Shown here one piece after another: positions 1 to 10,640 of a DNA stretch of 64,000 nucleotides (positions are counted from its first letter, which is position 1; the number at the start of each line of letters is the position of its first letter). Below the pieces are notes generated by a model. It did not search any database. It saw only the letters and a program-made list of their open reading frames with translations, and was not told the origin of the DNA. Origin of the DNA: a virus (Duplodnaviria > Caudoviricetes); the IMG/VR virus record IMGVR_UViG_3300037455_001046, positions 7,901 to 71,900 of that record. One strand, given 5' to 3'. A program made the position numbers and the translations under genes.

Positions 1-3000
1 GAGGTTCGCTTCTCCGTCCGGTATGCGCCGAAGGAATCGGAGGTCGATGCGATAGCGGAAGACATCGCGACGGCCACCGGCGTAAGCAAGGAAAAGGCAC
101 GGCAGTGGGTCGAGTCCGAAACGGGACTCGTCCCAATCATCATGGACGAGCAGAACTCGCCTTACCTCGACTATGAGGGCGACGACCGCTATACGGCCAT
201 CAAATCCGACTCGGACTACCCTCAGGGAACCGTAGACTTCAACAACATCTGCCGCAAGCGTCTCCCGTTCACGGAGATGTATCAGCGCATCCAGCGCGAC
301 TTCCCGAACACCATCATCACGGGCGACGACCTCGCCACGATCCGCAACATCATGAAGAGCCACGGCCTGATGGTGGCCTGCGGACTCTGCTATGTGGAAG
401 ACCGCCGGCAGCTGCTCGGCGAGATCGCGCAGGGTTTCATAGTGGAGCTGAGCCGCGACTTCCGCGACTATGAGAAGGGTAGCGAGCAGAAGAGAAAGAA
501 CGCCGAGAAATTCCGCAAGCTGGTCGGTGACGACCACAAGGAAGACCTGTCCATCTATGACCTGCTCACGCTTGAGGGTTCGTCGCGGCTGGCGCAGGAG
601 CACCCCGGCATCTACAATGCCTTCCAGGCCTTCAACAATGCGCGCGGACAGCAGTCCGGCAACCTCTTCCAGGGCTATGCCGAGTACAAGAGAGAGATTC
701 TGAGATGGAGCAAGAAGAAGGTCGCACAGGTGAACTCCCTGGGCGGCCTGAGAATCTTCTCCTATTCCGACTTCGAGGCCCATCACCTCATCGACCTCGT
801 CCAGATCATTCAGGACTGCGCGAAGAAGGGCGTCATGATCCAGGGCTACACCAAGGTGCCGGCCTTCGCGCGCATCGTGGCCGGTACGAACGTCAAGTTG
901 AACCGCTCGCTGATTCCACTCGGAGAGACCGGCATCGTGGATGGCCGCCTCGCATATGACCCGGTGGAGGGCATCGACATCAACGACCCCGACTTCCTCC
1001 CGTCCAACGACAACATCGGCAATATCCTCATCGGTATCAACGACGAGCAGATCCGTCTCGCGATGGCAGACCCCTTCGTCCACTTCATCATTCCGTACCA
1101 CTCCAACCAGAGCAGCCTGCTCCGCAAGATGAAGCAGACGGGAGCCTGGACGAACTACAAGAACGAGCAGACCGAGAAGGCGCTGCCTGGAACGGATAAG
1201 GGTTCGGTCGGGCATGGCGTCAACATCTACACCGATGTGCTCGCCGCCGCGAAGAAAGAGGGCAATCCCATCACGAACGAGAGGGAGTTTACCGAGAAAT
1301 ACCTCCAGGTGTGCAAGGAGCGCGGCCTAAAACCCGTGTTCGCCCGCTTCCTGGACGTCGACGAAGAGGGCGGCTACAAGTATGTCCCCGGCTACTACAA
1401 GATGCTCGTCGACTTCAAGCTCTTCGATGAGAACGGCAATATCCTTCCGCAGAAACCCGTCGTGGCAGAGTTCGACGATGCCTTCAACCAGAAGGTTCTC
1501 GAAGACTATGTCCGCGATGTCAAGGCCGAATCTGGCGAGAATCTCGACGGCGTGTACGAAGAGATCGTCAAGGAGCTTGGCCTGGTGGAGCGGTCTGCAT
1601 CGAAGCTGACCGACGCCCAGAAGAAAGCCCTCGCCTTCGTCAACGGCGAGACCATTGAGGAGGAAGAGGCCATCCGCCCGTCCATCTCCGGCGATACGCA
1701 GAGGCTCTTCGATGCGGCCAAGGAAAGGTTCGGCGTCACGAAGGACATCCGTGAGGCCGGCTATGTGCTTCCCGACGGCGCGATGCTGGATTTCAGCGGA
1801 CGCCATTGGCTCAAACCTGGCGACGACAGCAGCTATCTCGCCGGCGACAGGACTGTCGACCATCGTGACATCCAAGACATCGGATATGAGCGCGACGGCA
1901 ACACGCCGACCGGCATCAAGACGAGTATGTCCGACTTCATCAGCAGGGGCGCTATCCGCATCCACGACGGATCTGGCGCATCCATCAACCTTGCCGTGAA
2001 GCCTACGCCGGAGCAGGTGTCCGTGCTGACGCGCCTCATCGAGCACAACAACGGAGATGTCTACCTCGACCTTGGCGATGGCGAGCACACCAATGCCTCC
2101 GCTTACTACGACAAGACGAGACCCAATCGAATCATCAACGACATCAAGCGGTATTTCGACGAGGGTGTCGAGCCCGCAGGAAGCATCCGCTTCTCCCTCC
2201 GCGGCATCTCCGGCGCAGAGAACGATGCGGTGGCGATGCAGAACCTCGACATCGCTGAAGAGATGGAGGCCGCTGGCAAGGACGCCAAGACCATTTGGCA
2301 GGCCACCGGCTGGGAGAGAGGCGCTGACAAGGGATGGAGAAACGAGATTCCGGACGGGAAGCCGAAGGTGCTCCCGATGGGGAAGAAATCGTTCAAGGTA
2401 AAGGATCTCATCGAAGCGCCAGAACTGTTCGAGTCCTACCCTGAAATTGCGGACTATAAGGTCTCGCTCAAGAAGACCAGCGGAGCCGGCTCGTTCAACC
2501 CTACAAAGAAGGAGATCGAGCTGGACAGCGACTACAACGTAAAGACGGACATCAAGGAGGGAAGCCAAGAGGAGGCGATGAAATACTTCAGCGAGCATTT
2601 CACAGAGAACATCGACCGCATTGCCGCCTTCAGGCGCGATGTGGAGAAGCAGTTCGGCGAACGGAAGCTCGTCAAAGAAGGCGTCCGGACGTTGATGCAT
2701 GAGATCCAGCACGCAATCCAGAGCATCGAAGGCTTCGCCCGTGGCGGCAGCTCGCGGGGCCAGGCGCAAGACATTCTGTCCGCAGCATATAATGACAAGC
2801 CAGAGCTGGTTACCTTCGCGAGATGGTTCTCCTCTGAGAATTCCATCGCGAAGCTCCTTAACTTTGGGCGGGAAAGGATGCTCAATCTGCTTGACCAAAA
2901 AAGAAACATAGACGCTCTTGATGAAGAGTCGAAGCGCAGACTCACGGAATTGAGAGACTACATCTCAGACCGCCTTGATGTTTGGGGCTATCGCGGCTTC

Positions 3001-6000
3001 GTAAACGAGGCCAGTCGTCTTTGGCTCGACTCACTGGATAAGGGCGAGATGAACTACAACAAACTCGCAGGAGAGGTAGAAGCCCGCAATGTGGAGAAGC
3101 GCTCGAGGATGACCGAGGAAGAGCGCCGCAACACCCCTCCGTCCGAGACCGAGGACGTAGCCCGCGAAGAGCAGGGGGTGAGGTTCTCCGTCTCCGCCGG
3201 GAGGGTGGCGCGCGAGAATAACGCCGTCTTCGATGGGAAGCGGTTCTTCAGCGGGAGCGTAAACCTCAAGAATGGCAAGATTGAGGAGACGCATACCTAC
3301 GAAGATGCAAAGGAAGATGATTTTGGGACGGGATATTTCTCGAAAGGCCAGCAAGACAAGATGGAGTCGGGAGAGTCCTCGTCCTTCTACATCGATGAGG
3401 ATGGGAAACCTCGCAATGGAGATGGAGAAGAATTCTCGCCGGATATTGAGGAGGCGATTCTCAAGCAGGTATATCCCTCCGTTCTTGAAAACAGAGTCAT
3501 CTATAATGGCGCTCCAATCTATGCCGGCAGCATCAATGTCAAGGATGGTGCTATTGAGGAGACCCACTCCTATGAAGATGCGGAAAGGAGCGACTTCGAT
3601 AATTATTTCTCGCCGGAGCAGGAGGAAAAGATAGATAGCGGCGACAATGTCATTTTCTGGATTGATGAGAATGGCATTCACTTCCAGGGCGACATCACCG
3701 AAGAGGAGAAAGAGCGCCTGACGGAGGAAATCAGGAATCAGGTGTTCTCTATTCGGACGACACCGGTCGATGAGAGCAATGAAATCCGGTTCAGCATCCG
3801 CGAGGGCGAGCCGCCGAAGAAGACCGGAATCGGCTACAAGGTGTTCTACCAGAAAGATGGCAAACTGTATCCGCCGATGGTCGCCAATGCAGGCGGCGTT
3901 GACACTCCTGTCGGTGTTTGGCTCGATGCGGAAGCCGCTCCTATCGTCGGCGAGTCGAAGACCGGCCGGCCGAAGGTGAAGCAGGGCGGAAAAGGCACGC
4001 AGGGTGGCAGCGGCACGCTCGCATATCGCCCCGGCTGGCATCTCGGCGAGATCCCGTATGCGCTCCAGTTCAACCGCATCAACCCGGAGACCGGAAAGAA
4101 GGAGCTCTTCCCGAAGGATTTCGTGTGGGCAGAGGTTGAATACGCGATGGATAACGACTACCAGCAGGAGGCCGAGGCCGAAGGTATGACCGAGGGCGGC
4201 AAGTTCCGCCACTCATATGCCGGCCTGAAGCGCGTCCCTGAGAACGGCTACTATCGCTACCGCACAAACCCGAATCCGGAGACCGATCCCTGGATCATCA
4301 CGGGCGCGATGAAGGTCAACCGCATCCTCTCCAACGAGGAGGTCGACGACCTGGTGCGGCAGGCCGGAAGGGAGCCGCAACAGAGAGAGGGGGATGTCCG
4401 CTTCTCCATCGCTAACGATACATCCGATGAATCTAAAATCGCGGAAGGAATTGTCAGCAGCTACGATAACCAAGACGGCTCCGAACAGTACCCTTGGGTC
4501 GATAACGGGGAACTCGTCGACAGGATAGAGAAGGAACTCCCGTACGGAGTAAAGACGAAGCCTATCTTCGCCAAGATAGATGAGTACCGTAGGCTGGATG
4601 AAGAAGATTTCAACGAAGGCCGCAGGGATTTCTCGGGCGGGGAAAAGGAAGAATTGTTCAACGAGATCTTGTCAGACTTGCAATCGCTCGCCAGAAACGA
4701 TACCGGGCGGGGTGGAGACCTCCGCTTCTCCGTCGCCAACGCCAACCAGGAGGTCTTCGTGAGCAACGCCCAGCGCGCCGTGGAGAACATCCGCCAGGAG
4801 AAGGCGACGCCGGAGCAGTGGCTGAAGATGATCGAGAAGGGCGGCGGCATGAAGGCCGGCGAAGACAAGTGGCTGGGTCTCTCCGACTGGCTGAAGGGCC
4901 AGGACAAGAAGAGCATCACCAAGCAGGAGATTCTCGACTACATTGGGGAGAACAAGATTATCATCGAGGAGACAAGGTATACCGGAAACCTCAGGGATGA
5001 GATACAGGAGCATATTGGGCAAGGAAGAAGCCTCTCCGAACTCCAAAGCGAGATTGATGAAATACGCGCCTCGGAGGAGTATAAAGGTCTTGCCGGAGAC
5101 AGGATTGATTCGGATCTCCTGACAGAGGTTATGATTGACCGCTACGGCGATGATTTCGAGATGGGTTACATCATTGATGAGGAGGGTATGATTGATTACG
5201 ACATCGATGTGTATGCGGATCGAGAGTATCAGGAGAATTATACTGGGAAATCCAAGCCGATTAATTTTGTTCGTAGAGGATACACCACCGAAGGTCTCGA
5301 GAACAACGCGGAAATTGCCTTGACAGTCCCGACCATTGAACCGTGGAATGAGCAAGATGATATCCACTTCGGCGATGCCGGCGGTGGCAGAGCAATCGCG
5401 TGGGTGAGGTTCGGCGACGCCTTTACTGGCGAGGAAAAGTACGATAGCGGTTTGCTCGGCAATGCCGAAGAGGCGCGGAAATCTATGGATGAGTACACCT
5501 CCGAATTGATGAAGAAATATGGGTTAAGTCGGCTCAACCAACTTGACTCCGCAATTTCCAAGGAGGAGAGAGACAAGATGCGCCGCCTCCAAAAGAACTA
5601 TACCCGGGCTTCCTGGCATGCCGGCGAATCCAGGCAGGTCAGCAATGAGAAGAAAGTCCTCTTCATCGACGAGATCCAGAGCAAGCGGCATCAGGAGGCG
5701 AGAGAGATGGGATGGTATAAGGGAGATGCGGAATATACGCGAAAACTTGAAGAGCTCCGCAATGAAAGAATGGCAGCATCAAGAGAATTGGATTCCGCTG
5801 TCGCGCAGATTTCCAAGGAATATGATGAACCATTATCTCGCACTTGGAACAGTCTTGTATACCCTCTCCGTTCGGACACTACCGAAAAAACAAAGAGATT
5901 GAGGGAGAAAGAAGCCCGTCGGAAATATGGAGACGAAACTTATGAAAGAATCGTAGAGCTTGAGAGGAAAGACGGCGATTTGGCGCAACGGCTTGCAAAC

Positions 6001-9000
6001 CTTATCGGCAAAAACGAGGACGGCGTCCCCGCCGCCCCCTTCGAGAAGAACTGGGCCGAGCTGTCGATGAAGCGGATGCTCCGCTACGCCGCCGAGAACG
6101 GCTACGACTATGTGGCCTGGACGACGGGAGAGCAGCAGGCGGAGAGATATAGCCTCGGAGAGGTTTTGTCTTCAGTAGACAAGACGGGCGACAATGATTA
6201 CACCCTGTACCTTACGAACGGAAAATCGACTGATATTGTTGTTGACGACGAGGGCGTCATTACGGGGACGGATGCCTTCAGCGAGGAATGGGGAGGTAAG
6301 CGGCTTTCGGAGGTAGTCGGAAAGGATCTCGCCGTTAAGATGATGTCAATGGAAGTCGATAGCGACGATCTTGAACATATCGATTCGAGAATCGGCGGCG
6401 AGGGCATGAAGGGCTTCTACGACGAGATTCTGCCCCGCTTCATGAACAAGTACGGCAAGCAGTGGGGTGTGAAGGTGGAAGACATCACGCTGCCCGATCT
6501 CGGATACGGCGGTATTACCGCCCACTCCGTTCCCGTCAACGAGGCGATGAAGGAGTCCGTGATGGAAGGCCAGCTGATGTTCTCGGTGTCCCAGCAGGAA
6601 CAGACTGACCGCGAGCGCCTGATCGACGCCGCCGAAAACGGCGGCCTGAAGGCCGTCATCGGCCCGGAGAATGTCGAGGACATCTACCGCGAGGCCTATG
6701 CCTCCATCCCCCAGAGCGCCCTGAAACCCATCGTGGAGAAAGGGCTCGCCGAGGGTGGCGACATCATGGGCCAGCTGCGAGTGTATCTGCACGACCTTGC
6801 GCTGAACGGCACGGAGAACGACGGCACGGGCCTCCTGTTCAAGCTCTTCGAGGACATCCGATACATGTCGAACAACCCTGCACTCACGGACAACGACATC
6901 CGCTGGATGCTCTGGAAGGAGACGTGGAGCGAAGACCCCGACAGCATCCTCGCCATCGCGGCCAACCGCGCCATGAGAAACCGCTGGGGCGTCGGCGAGC
7001 CGCCCGTGGAGCAGGATTTCAAGGAAGCTGCGGAAGACGCGCAGAAAGCGGCCGCAGAGCGCGTGGAAACGGCGAAAAACGACCTGAAAGAGGAGAAGAA
7101 AGGCCTCTACGGGCCGCTGGATTCCATCGCGAAGGCCATGGCCGCGCAGAAGACCTACGACAAGGCGACCGTGGACAGCATCGTCCGCTTCGCCAAGGAC
7201 ATCCTCAAGGGCGGAAACGTCAGCGAACTGAGCCGCAGAGAGGTGTCCCGGCTGCTCTCGCTCATCAACACCAGCACGGGCAAGAGCCCGAAGCAGGCCT
7301 CGCGCTATGCAGACCAGCTGGTGGAGATGCTCCTGAACCATATCGCCGAGGAGGAGAAGAAGAAATTCGAGAAACTCGTCAAGGTGAAGGCCAGCAAGGT
7401 CAAGGACAGCGGCGTCGAGGTGCAGGGCAAGCTCGACCTCGTCGGCCAGGCCGTCATCAAGGCCTTCCGCGAGAACATGGGCAGCCCCGTGGAGGACATC
7501 CGCACCCGCCTCGAGGAGGTGTCCGACCAAATCACCAGCGAGGACGACGCCGTCCGCGAGGGTGCCCTGGCCGAATACAGCGGCCTGATGCTGGCTCTCC
7601 AGTACAAGGAGGACATCGCGGAGAACATCGAGGAATACAAGGATCTCAAGAAGGAATTCGACGCCACCGGCGTGAAACTCGCCGACGTCATCGGGCGCAA
7701 GGCCTACGAAGAGTTCGTCAAGGAGTCGCGAGACGCCCTCCGCAAGAACCTGATGGAGCGCATTGATATGTATCGCGACCTCTCGAAGCGGCTGACCGAC
7801 ATCATCACGGGCAGCGCAGAGGCCGCCGCGGCCTTCCGCAAGGCCGAGCAGCAGCGCGTGGAGGAGATCCACCACGATGCGAACCGCGACATGAAGGGAA
7901 CGCCGTCGAACGAGCATCTGCGCGAGAATGCCTGGCAGCGGTTCCTGAACTCCGACTTCATCCGTTTCTTCTTCAAGTCGCTGTCCACGGCAGACCAGAT
8001 GTTCCGCCTCCTGGGCCGCAAGAGCGTGACCGGAGAGGGCTATCTCTTCAACCGCTTCATCAAGAACGGCTTCATCCCGGCCAGCGAGAAAGCCTCGCGC
8101 GGCATCCTCGAAGCCACGCAGATCCTCGACAAGAAGGTCAGCGAGGTATTCGGCAAGAAGGGGATGAGGTGGAGCGACCTGTACAAGGAGTCTCGCAAGA
8201 AGGGCGGCGAGGTGGAATTCCTCGACGGCGGCGAGATGAAGACGCACGACCTGACGCAGGGCAACCTCCTCTACATCTATATGGCCAACAAGATGCCGGA
8301 CGGCAAGATGAAGCTCCGCAAGATGGGCATCGGCGAGGACACCGTGGAGGAGATCAAGAAGAACCTCGACCCTCGCTTCATAGAGCTGGCCGACTGGCTC
8401 CAGGATGAGTTCTATGTGAACCTCCGCAACAAGTACAACGCCGTCCACGAACGGATGTTCGGTGCGCCGATGGCCGCCATCGAGGACTACGTCCCGTTGA
8501 AGATCCTGGCCAACGCCCGATTCGAGGACGTAGACCTCGGCGCGCAGACGCAGGGAGAGATGTCGTCCACCATCACGGGCAGCATCATCAAGCGCCGCAA
8601 GAACTCCCTCGCGCTGGACATCATGCACACCGACGCCTTCTCCCTGGCCATCGAGCACATCGAGCAGATGGAGGACTGGGCGGCCTTCGCCGAGCTCCGC
8701 CGCGATATGAACACCCTGCTTTCGTACAAGCACTTCCGCAACCAGGTGATGAATATGGACACCGTCTACGGCAGCGGCCGGACGCTCTGGAGTAACTTCT
8801 CCGACGCCTGCACCGTGCTGGTGGGCAAGTACCAGCCGAAGGTGAAGAAGGGTGACATCGACACCATTGCGCTGAACGTGGCCAAGGGCGTAACGGCTGC
8901 GAAGATCTCGTTCCGCGTGAACACCGCCCTCAAGCAGCTGCTCTCGTTCCCGGCGTATTTCTCGGATGCCCGCCCCGATCTCCTCGCGGCGAGCATCGGG

Positions 9001-10638
9001 AAGACGGTCTTGAGCGTATTCAGGAAAGGGAACGCAGGATCATCGTGGAAGTGGTGCATGGAGAACCTGCCTCTCTTCGAGAAGCGCTGGAAGAGCCGCA
9101 TCGCCGGCGACACGCGCCTCCTCGACACGGAGTCCGACTGGAAGATCTGGAAGGACAACGTCGTCAAGACCGCCTCGCGCCTCGGTATGACGCCCAACGC
9201 CTTCATCGATGCGACCACGGTCGCCATCGGCGCGAAGGCGATGTACGACACCAAGCGCGCCCGCTACATCAAGGACGGATACTCCGAGGAGAAGGCTGAC
9301 GAGATGGCCAAGCGAGATGCAGAGATACTCTACAACCAGACGCAGCAGTCTTCCGAGAATGCCTTCGTCGCCCCCGTGCAACTCGATCGCACATGGTGGT
9401 CGGTCGCGCTGACCACCTACCGGAATGCCTCGATGAGCTACCAGCGCCAGCTGCACGATGCCCTCCGCACGATGGGCAAGATGATGAAACCCGGCTACCG
9501 CCAGCGCTCCATCGACTTCATGACGCACCAGAACGAGAACGCCGGCCTCGAAGAGGAAGAGGCGAGGAAAGCGGCGAAACGCGATTACAACCGCCAATAC
9601 TACCGCAACCTCGTCCGCGTCGCTCTCTTCGGATATGGACTCCAGTTCCTCTGGGAGATAGGAAACGATATGATTTATCTCCTCTTTGGTGATGACGACG
9701 ATGAGAAGGAGAAGATCCTGAAGGTGGCTGCGCTCTCGGAGATGGCCGCACCCGTCGAGGGTCTCGTTGGCGGCAACACGATGAGCGACAGATGGGGAAG
9801 GAAGGCCGAGAAGAAGGTGATGGCCGAGTACGGGATAGACAAGAAGAACAGATTCGGAAGCGGGAATGGCATTTCAAAACTGCCTATCGAGAGCGATTTC
9901 GAGAACATCTCCGGCTGGTGGGAAAGCGATGAAGCCCGTGCCGTCAACGGCATCATCAACCTGTTCGTCCAGGCCGGCGTCGGCGTGAATCCGCAGACCC
10001 TGACGGATGCCGTGGTCGCCGCCATCGACTATGCAGACGGAGATCTCGACAAGGCCACGGAGATGACCCTGCTCGCAATGCGTATCCTCCAGGTGCCGCA
10101 GTCCACGGTGGACAAGCTCCTCGCCGATGAGATAGACATGGAGGCTGATCCGAAAGAGAGGAAGGCGCAGATCGACGAACTGGCCAAGCGTTATGCGATG
10201 TATATGCTCCTGAAGAACACCACGGTCTTCAACAAGATGTACGACGAGGGCAAGCGCGAGAAGAAGCTGGAATCCTATGAGAATCGGTTCAAGGATCTCG
10301 CGAAGGAACGCATCGCCCTGAAGCGCGTCACCACGGGCGAGGAGATTCCCGATGCACCAGAAGACTTCTACAAGAGTTTCGAGAAAGCGATGAAGGCATT
10401 CCAGACGGAGTACAACAGAACCGACGAGAAGCACGACAATGACACCCTCACCCGCAGAGTCCTCGAGGAGTCCCCGGAATACCAGCAGTACCTCATCTGG
10501 AAGAAGCACCAAAAGGGCATCAACAAGCTGAACAACGGCATTAAGAAGACGCAGGACGACAACCTCCGCCAGCAGTGGAAAGACCAGCTGGATGAATCCA
10601 TCCAGGCGCTGATAAACGAACTTAACGAGAATAAATAG
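1..10638 (+). CDS. Giant polyvalent / DNA-ejection (internal virion) protein, 5'-truncated by the window edge
   Basis: Frame +1 is open from base 1 (EVRFSVRYAPKE...) into the 3498-aa ORF, so the true start is upstream. Contains an LPD23-like WQATGWERGADKGWRNEIPD segment, a zincin metallopeptidase motif (LMHEIQHAIQ...LAGEVEARN), recurrent RFS[VIL] linkers and a long helical C-terminus. Confidence 0.85.
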   Translation, partial: EVRFSVRYAPKESEVDAIAEDIATATGVSKEKARQWVESETGLVPIIMDEQNSPYLDYEGDDRYTAIKSDSDYPQGTVDFNNICRKRLPFTEMYQRIQRDFPNTIITGDDLATIRNIMKSHGLMVACGLCYVEDRRQLLGEIAQGFIVELSRDFRDYEKGSEQKRKNAEKFRKLVGDDHKEDLSIYDLLTLEGSSRLAQEHPGIYNAFQAFNNARGQQSGNLFQGYAEYKREILRWSKKKVAQVNSLGGLRIFSYSDFEAHHLIDLVQIIQDCAKKGVMIQGYTKVPAFARIVAGTNVKLNRSLIPLGETGIVDGRLAYDPVEGIDINDPDFLPSNDNIGNILIGINDEQIRLAMADPFVHFIIPYHSNQSSLLRKMKQTGAWTNYKNEQTEKALPGTDKGSVGHGVNIYTDVLAAAKKEGNPITNEREFTEKYLQVCKERGLKPVFARFLDVDEEGGYKYVPGYYKMLVDFKLFDENGNILPQKPVVAEFDDAFNQKVLEDYVRDVKAESGENLDGVYEEIVKELGLVERSASKLTDAQKKALAFVNGETIEEEEAIRPSISGDTQRLFDAAKERFGVTKDIREAGYVLPDGAMLDFSGRHWLKPGDDSSYLAGDRTVDHRDIQDIGYERDGNTPTGIKTSMSDFISRGAIRIHDGSGASINLAVKPTPEQVSVLTRLIEHNNGDVYLDLGDGEHTNASAYYDKTRPNRIINDIKRYFDEGVEPAGSIRFSLRGISGAENDAVAMQNLDIAEEMEAAGKDAKTIWQATGWERGADKGWRNEIPDGKPKVLPMGKKSFKVKDLIEAPELFESYPEIADYKVSLKKTSGAGSFNPTKKEIELDSDYNVKTDIKEGSQEEAMKYFSEHFTENIDRIAAFRRDVEKQFGERKLVKEGVRTLMHEIQHAIQSIEGFARGGSSRGQAQDILSAAYNDKPELVTFARWFSSENSIAKLLNFGRERMLNLLDQKRNIDALDEESKRRLTELRDYISDRLDVWGYRGFVNEASRLWLDSLDKGEMNYNKLAGEVEARNVEKRSRMTEEERRNTPPSETEDVAREEQGVRFSVSAGRVARENNAVFDGKRFFSGSVNLKNGKIEETHTYEDAKEDDFGTGYFSKGQQDKMESGESSSFYIDEDGKPRNGDGEEFSPDIEEAILKQVYPSVLENRVIYNGAPIYAGSINVKDGAIEETHSYEDAERSDFDNYFSPEQEEKIDSGDNVIFWIDENGIHFQGDITEEEKERLTEEIRNQVFSIRTTPVDESNEIRFSIREGEPPKKTGIGYKVFYQKDGKLYPPMVANAGGVDTPVGVWLDAEAAPIVGESKTGRPKVKQGGKGTQGGSGTLAYRPGWHLGEIPYALQFNRINPETGKKELFPKDFVWAEVEYAMDNDYQQEAEAEGMTEGGKFRHSYAGLKRVPENGYYRYRTNPNPETDPWIITGAMKVNRILSNEEVDDLVRQAGREPQQREGDVRFSIANDTSDESKIAEGIVSSYDNQDGSEQYPWVDNGELVDRIEKELPYGVKTKPIFAKIDEYRRLDEEDFNEGRRDFSGGEKEELFNEILSDLQSLARNDTGRGGDLRFSVANANQEVFVSNAQRAVENIRQEKATPEQWLKMIEKGGGMKAGEDKWLGLSDWLKGQDKKSITKQEILDYIGENKIIIEETRYTGNLRDEIQEHIGQGRSLSELQSEIDEIRASEEYKGLAGDRIDSDLLTEVMIDRYGDDFEMGYIIDEEGMIDYDIDVYADREYQENYTGKSKPINFVRRGYTTEGLENNAEIALTVPTIEPWNEQDDIHFGDAGGGRAIAWVRFGDAFTGEEKYDSGLLGNAEEARKSMDEYTSELMKKYGLSRLNQLDSAISKEERDKMRRLQKNYTRASWHAGESRQVSNEKKVLFIDEIQSKRHQEAREMGWYKGDAEYTRKLEELRNERMAASRELDSAVAQISKEYDEPLSRTWNSLVYPLRSDTTEKTKRLREKEARRKYGDETYERIVELERKDGDLAQRLANLIGKNEDGVPAAPFEKNWAELSMKRMLRYAAENGYDYVAWTTGEQQAERYSLGEVLSSVDKTGDNDYTLYLTNGKSTDIVVDDEGVITGTDAFSEEWGGKRLSEVVGKDLAVKMMSMEVDSDDLEHIDSRIGGEGMKGFYDEILPRFMNKYGKQWGVKVEDITLPDLGYGGITAHSVPVNEAMKESVMEGQLMFSVSQQEQTDRERLIDAAENGGLKAVIGPENVEDIYREAYASIPQSALKPIVEKGLAEGGDIMGQLRVYLHDLALNGTENDGTGLLFKLFEDIRYMSNNPALTDNDIRWMLWKETWSEDPDSILAIAANRAMRNRWGVGEPPVEQDFKEAAEDAQKAAAERVETAKNDLKEEKKGLYGPLDSIAKAMAAQKTYDKATVDSIVRFAKDILKGGNVSELSRREVSRLLSLINTSTGKSPKQASRYADQLVEMLLNHIAEEEKKKFEKLVKVKASKVKDSGVEVQGKLDLVGQAVIKAFRENMGSPVEDIRTRLEEVSDQITSEDDAVREGALAEYSGLMLALQYKEDIAENIEEYKDLKKEFDATGVKLADVIGRKAYEEFVKESRDALRKNLMERIDMYRDLSKRLTDIITGSAEAAAAFRKAEQQRVEEIHHDANRDMKGTPSNEHLRENAWQRFLNSDFIRFFFKSLSTADQMFRLLGRKSVTGEGYLFNRFIKNGFIPASEKASRGILEATQILDKKVSEVFGKKGMRWSDLYKESRKKGGEVEFLDGGEMKTHDLTQGNLLYIYMANKMPDGKMKLRKMGIGEDTVEEIKKNLDPRFIELADWLQDEFYVNLRNKYNAVHERMFGAPMAAIEDYVPLKILANARFEDVDLGAQTQGEMSSTITGSIIKRRKNSLALDIMHTDAFSLAIEHIEQMEDWAAFAELRRDMNTLLSYKHFRNQVMNMDTVYGSGRTLWSNFSDACTVLVGKYQPKVKKGDIDTIALNVAKGVTAAKISFRVNTALKQLLSFPAYFSDARPDLLAASIGKTVLSVFRKGNAGSSWKWCMENLPLFEKRWKSRIAGDTRLLDTESDWKIWKDNVVKTASRLGMTPNAFIDATTVAIGAKAMYDTKRARYIKDGYSEEKADEMAKRDAEILYNQTQQSSENAFVAPVQLDRTWWSVALTTYRNASMSYQRQLHDALRTMGKMMKPGYRQRSIDFMTHQNENAGLEEEEARKAAKRDYNRQYYRNLVRVALFGYGLQFLWEIGNDMIYLLFGDDDDEKEKILKVAALSEMAAPVEGLVGGNTMSDRWGRKAEKKVMAEYGIDKKNRFGSGNGISKLPIESDFENISGWWESDEARAVNGIINLFVQAGVGVNPQTLTDAVVAAIDYADGDLDKATEMTLLAMRILQVPQSTVDKLLADEIDMEADPKERKAQIDELAKRYAMYMLLKNTTVFNKMYDEGKREKKLESYENRFKDLAKERIALKRVTTGEEIPDAPEDFYKSFEKAMKAFQTEYNRTDEKHDNDTLTRRVLEESPEYQQYLIWKKHQKGINKLNNGIKKTQDDNLRQQWKDQLDESIQALINELNENK

Positions 10639-10640
10639 CC

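Noticed and set aside
1327-9597. Long antisense ORFs in the track (e.g. 1327-2898, 6346-8733; also 28165-30543 and 15558-18788)
   Set aside because: Shadow ORFs caused by high GC3 on the coding strand; no plausible composition, motifs or operon context.
142-10638. Virion RNA polymerase (N4- or crAss-type) in the giant protein
   Set aside because: No recognisable DxDxD two-barrel or T7-type polymerase motifs in the visible part.
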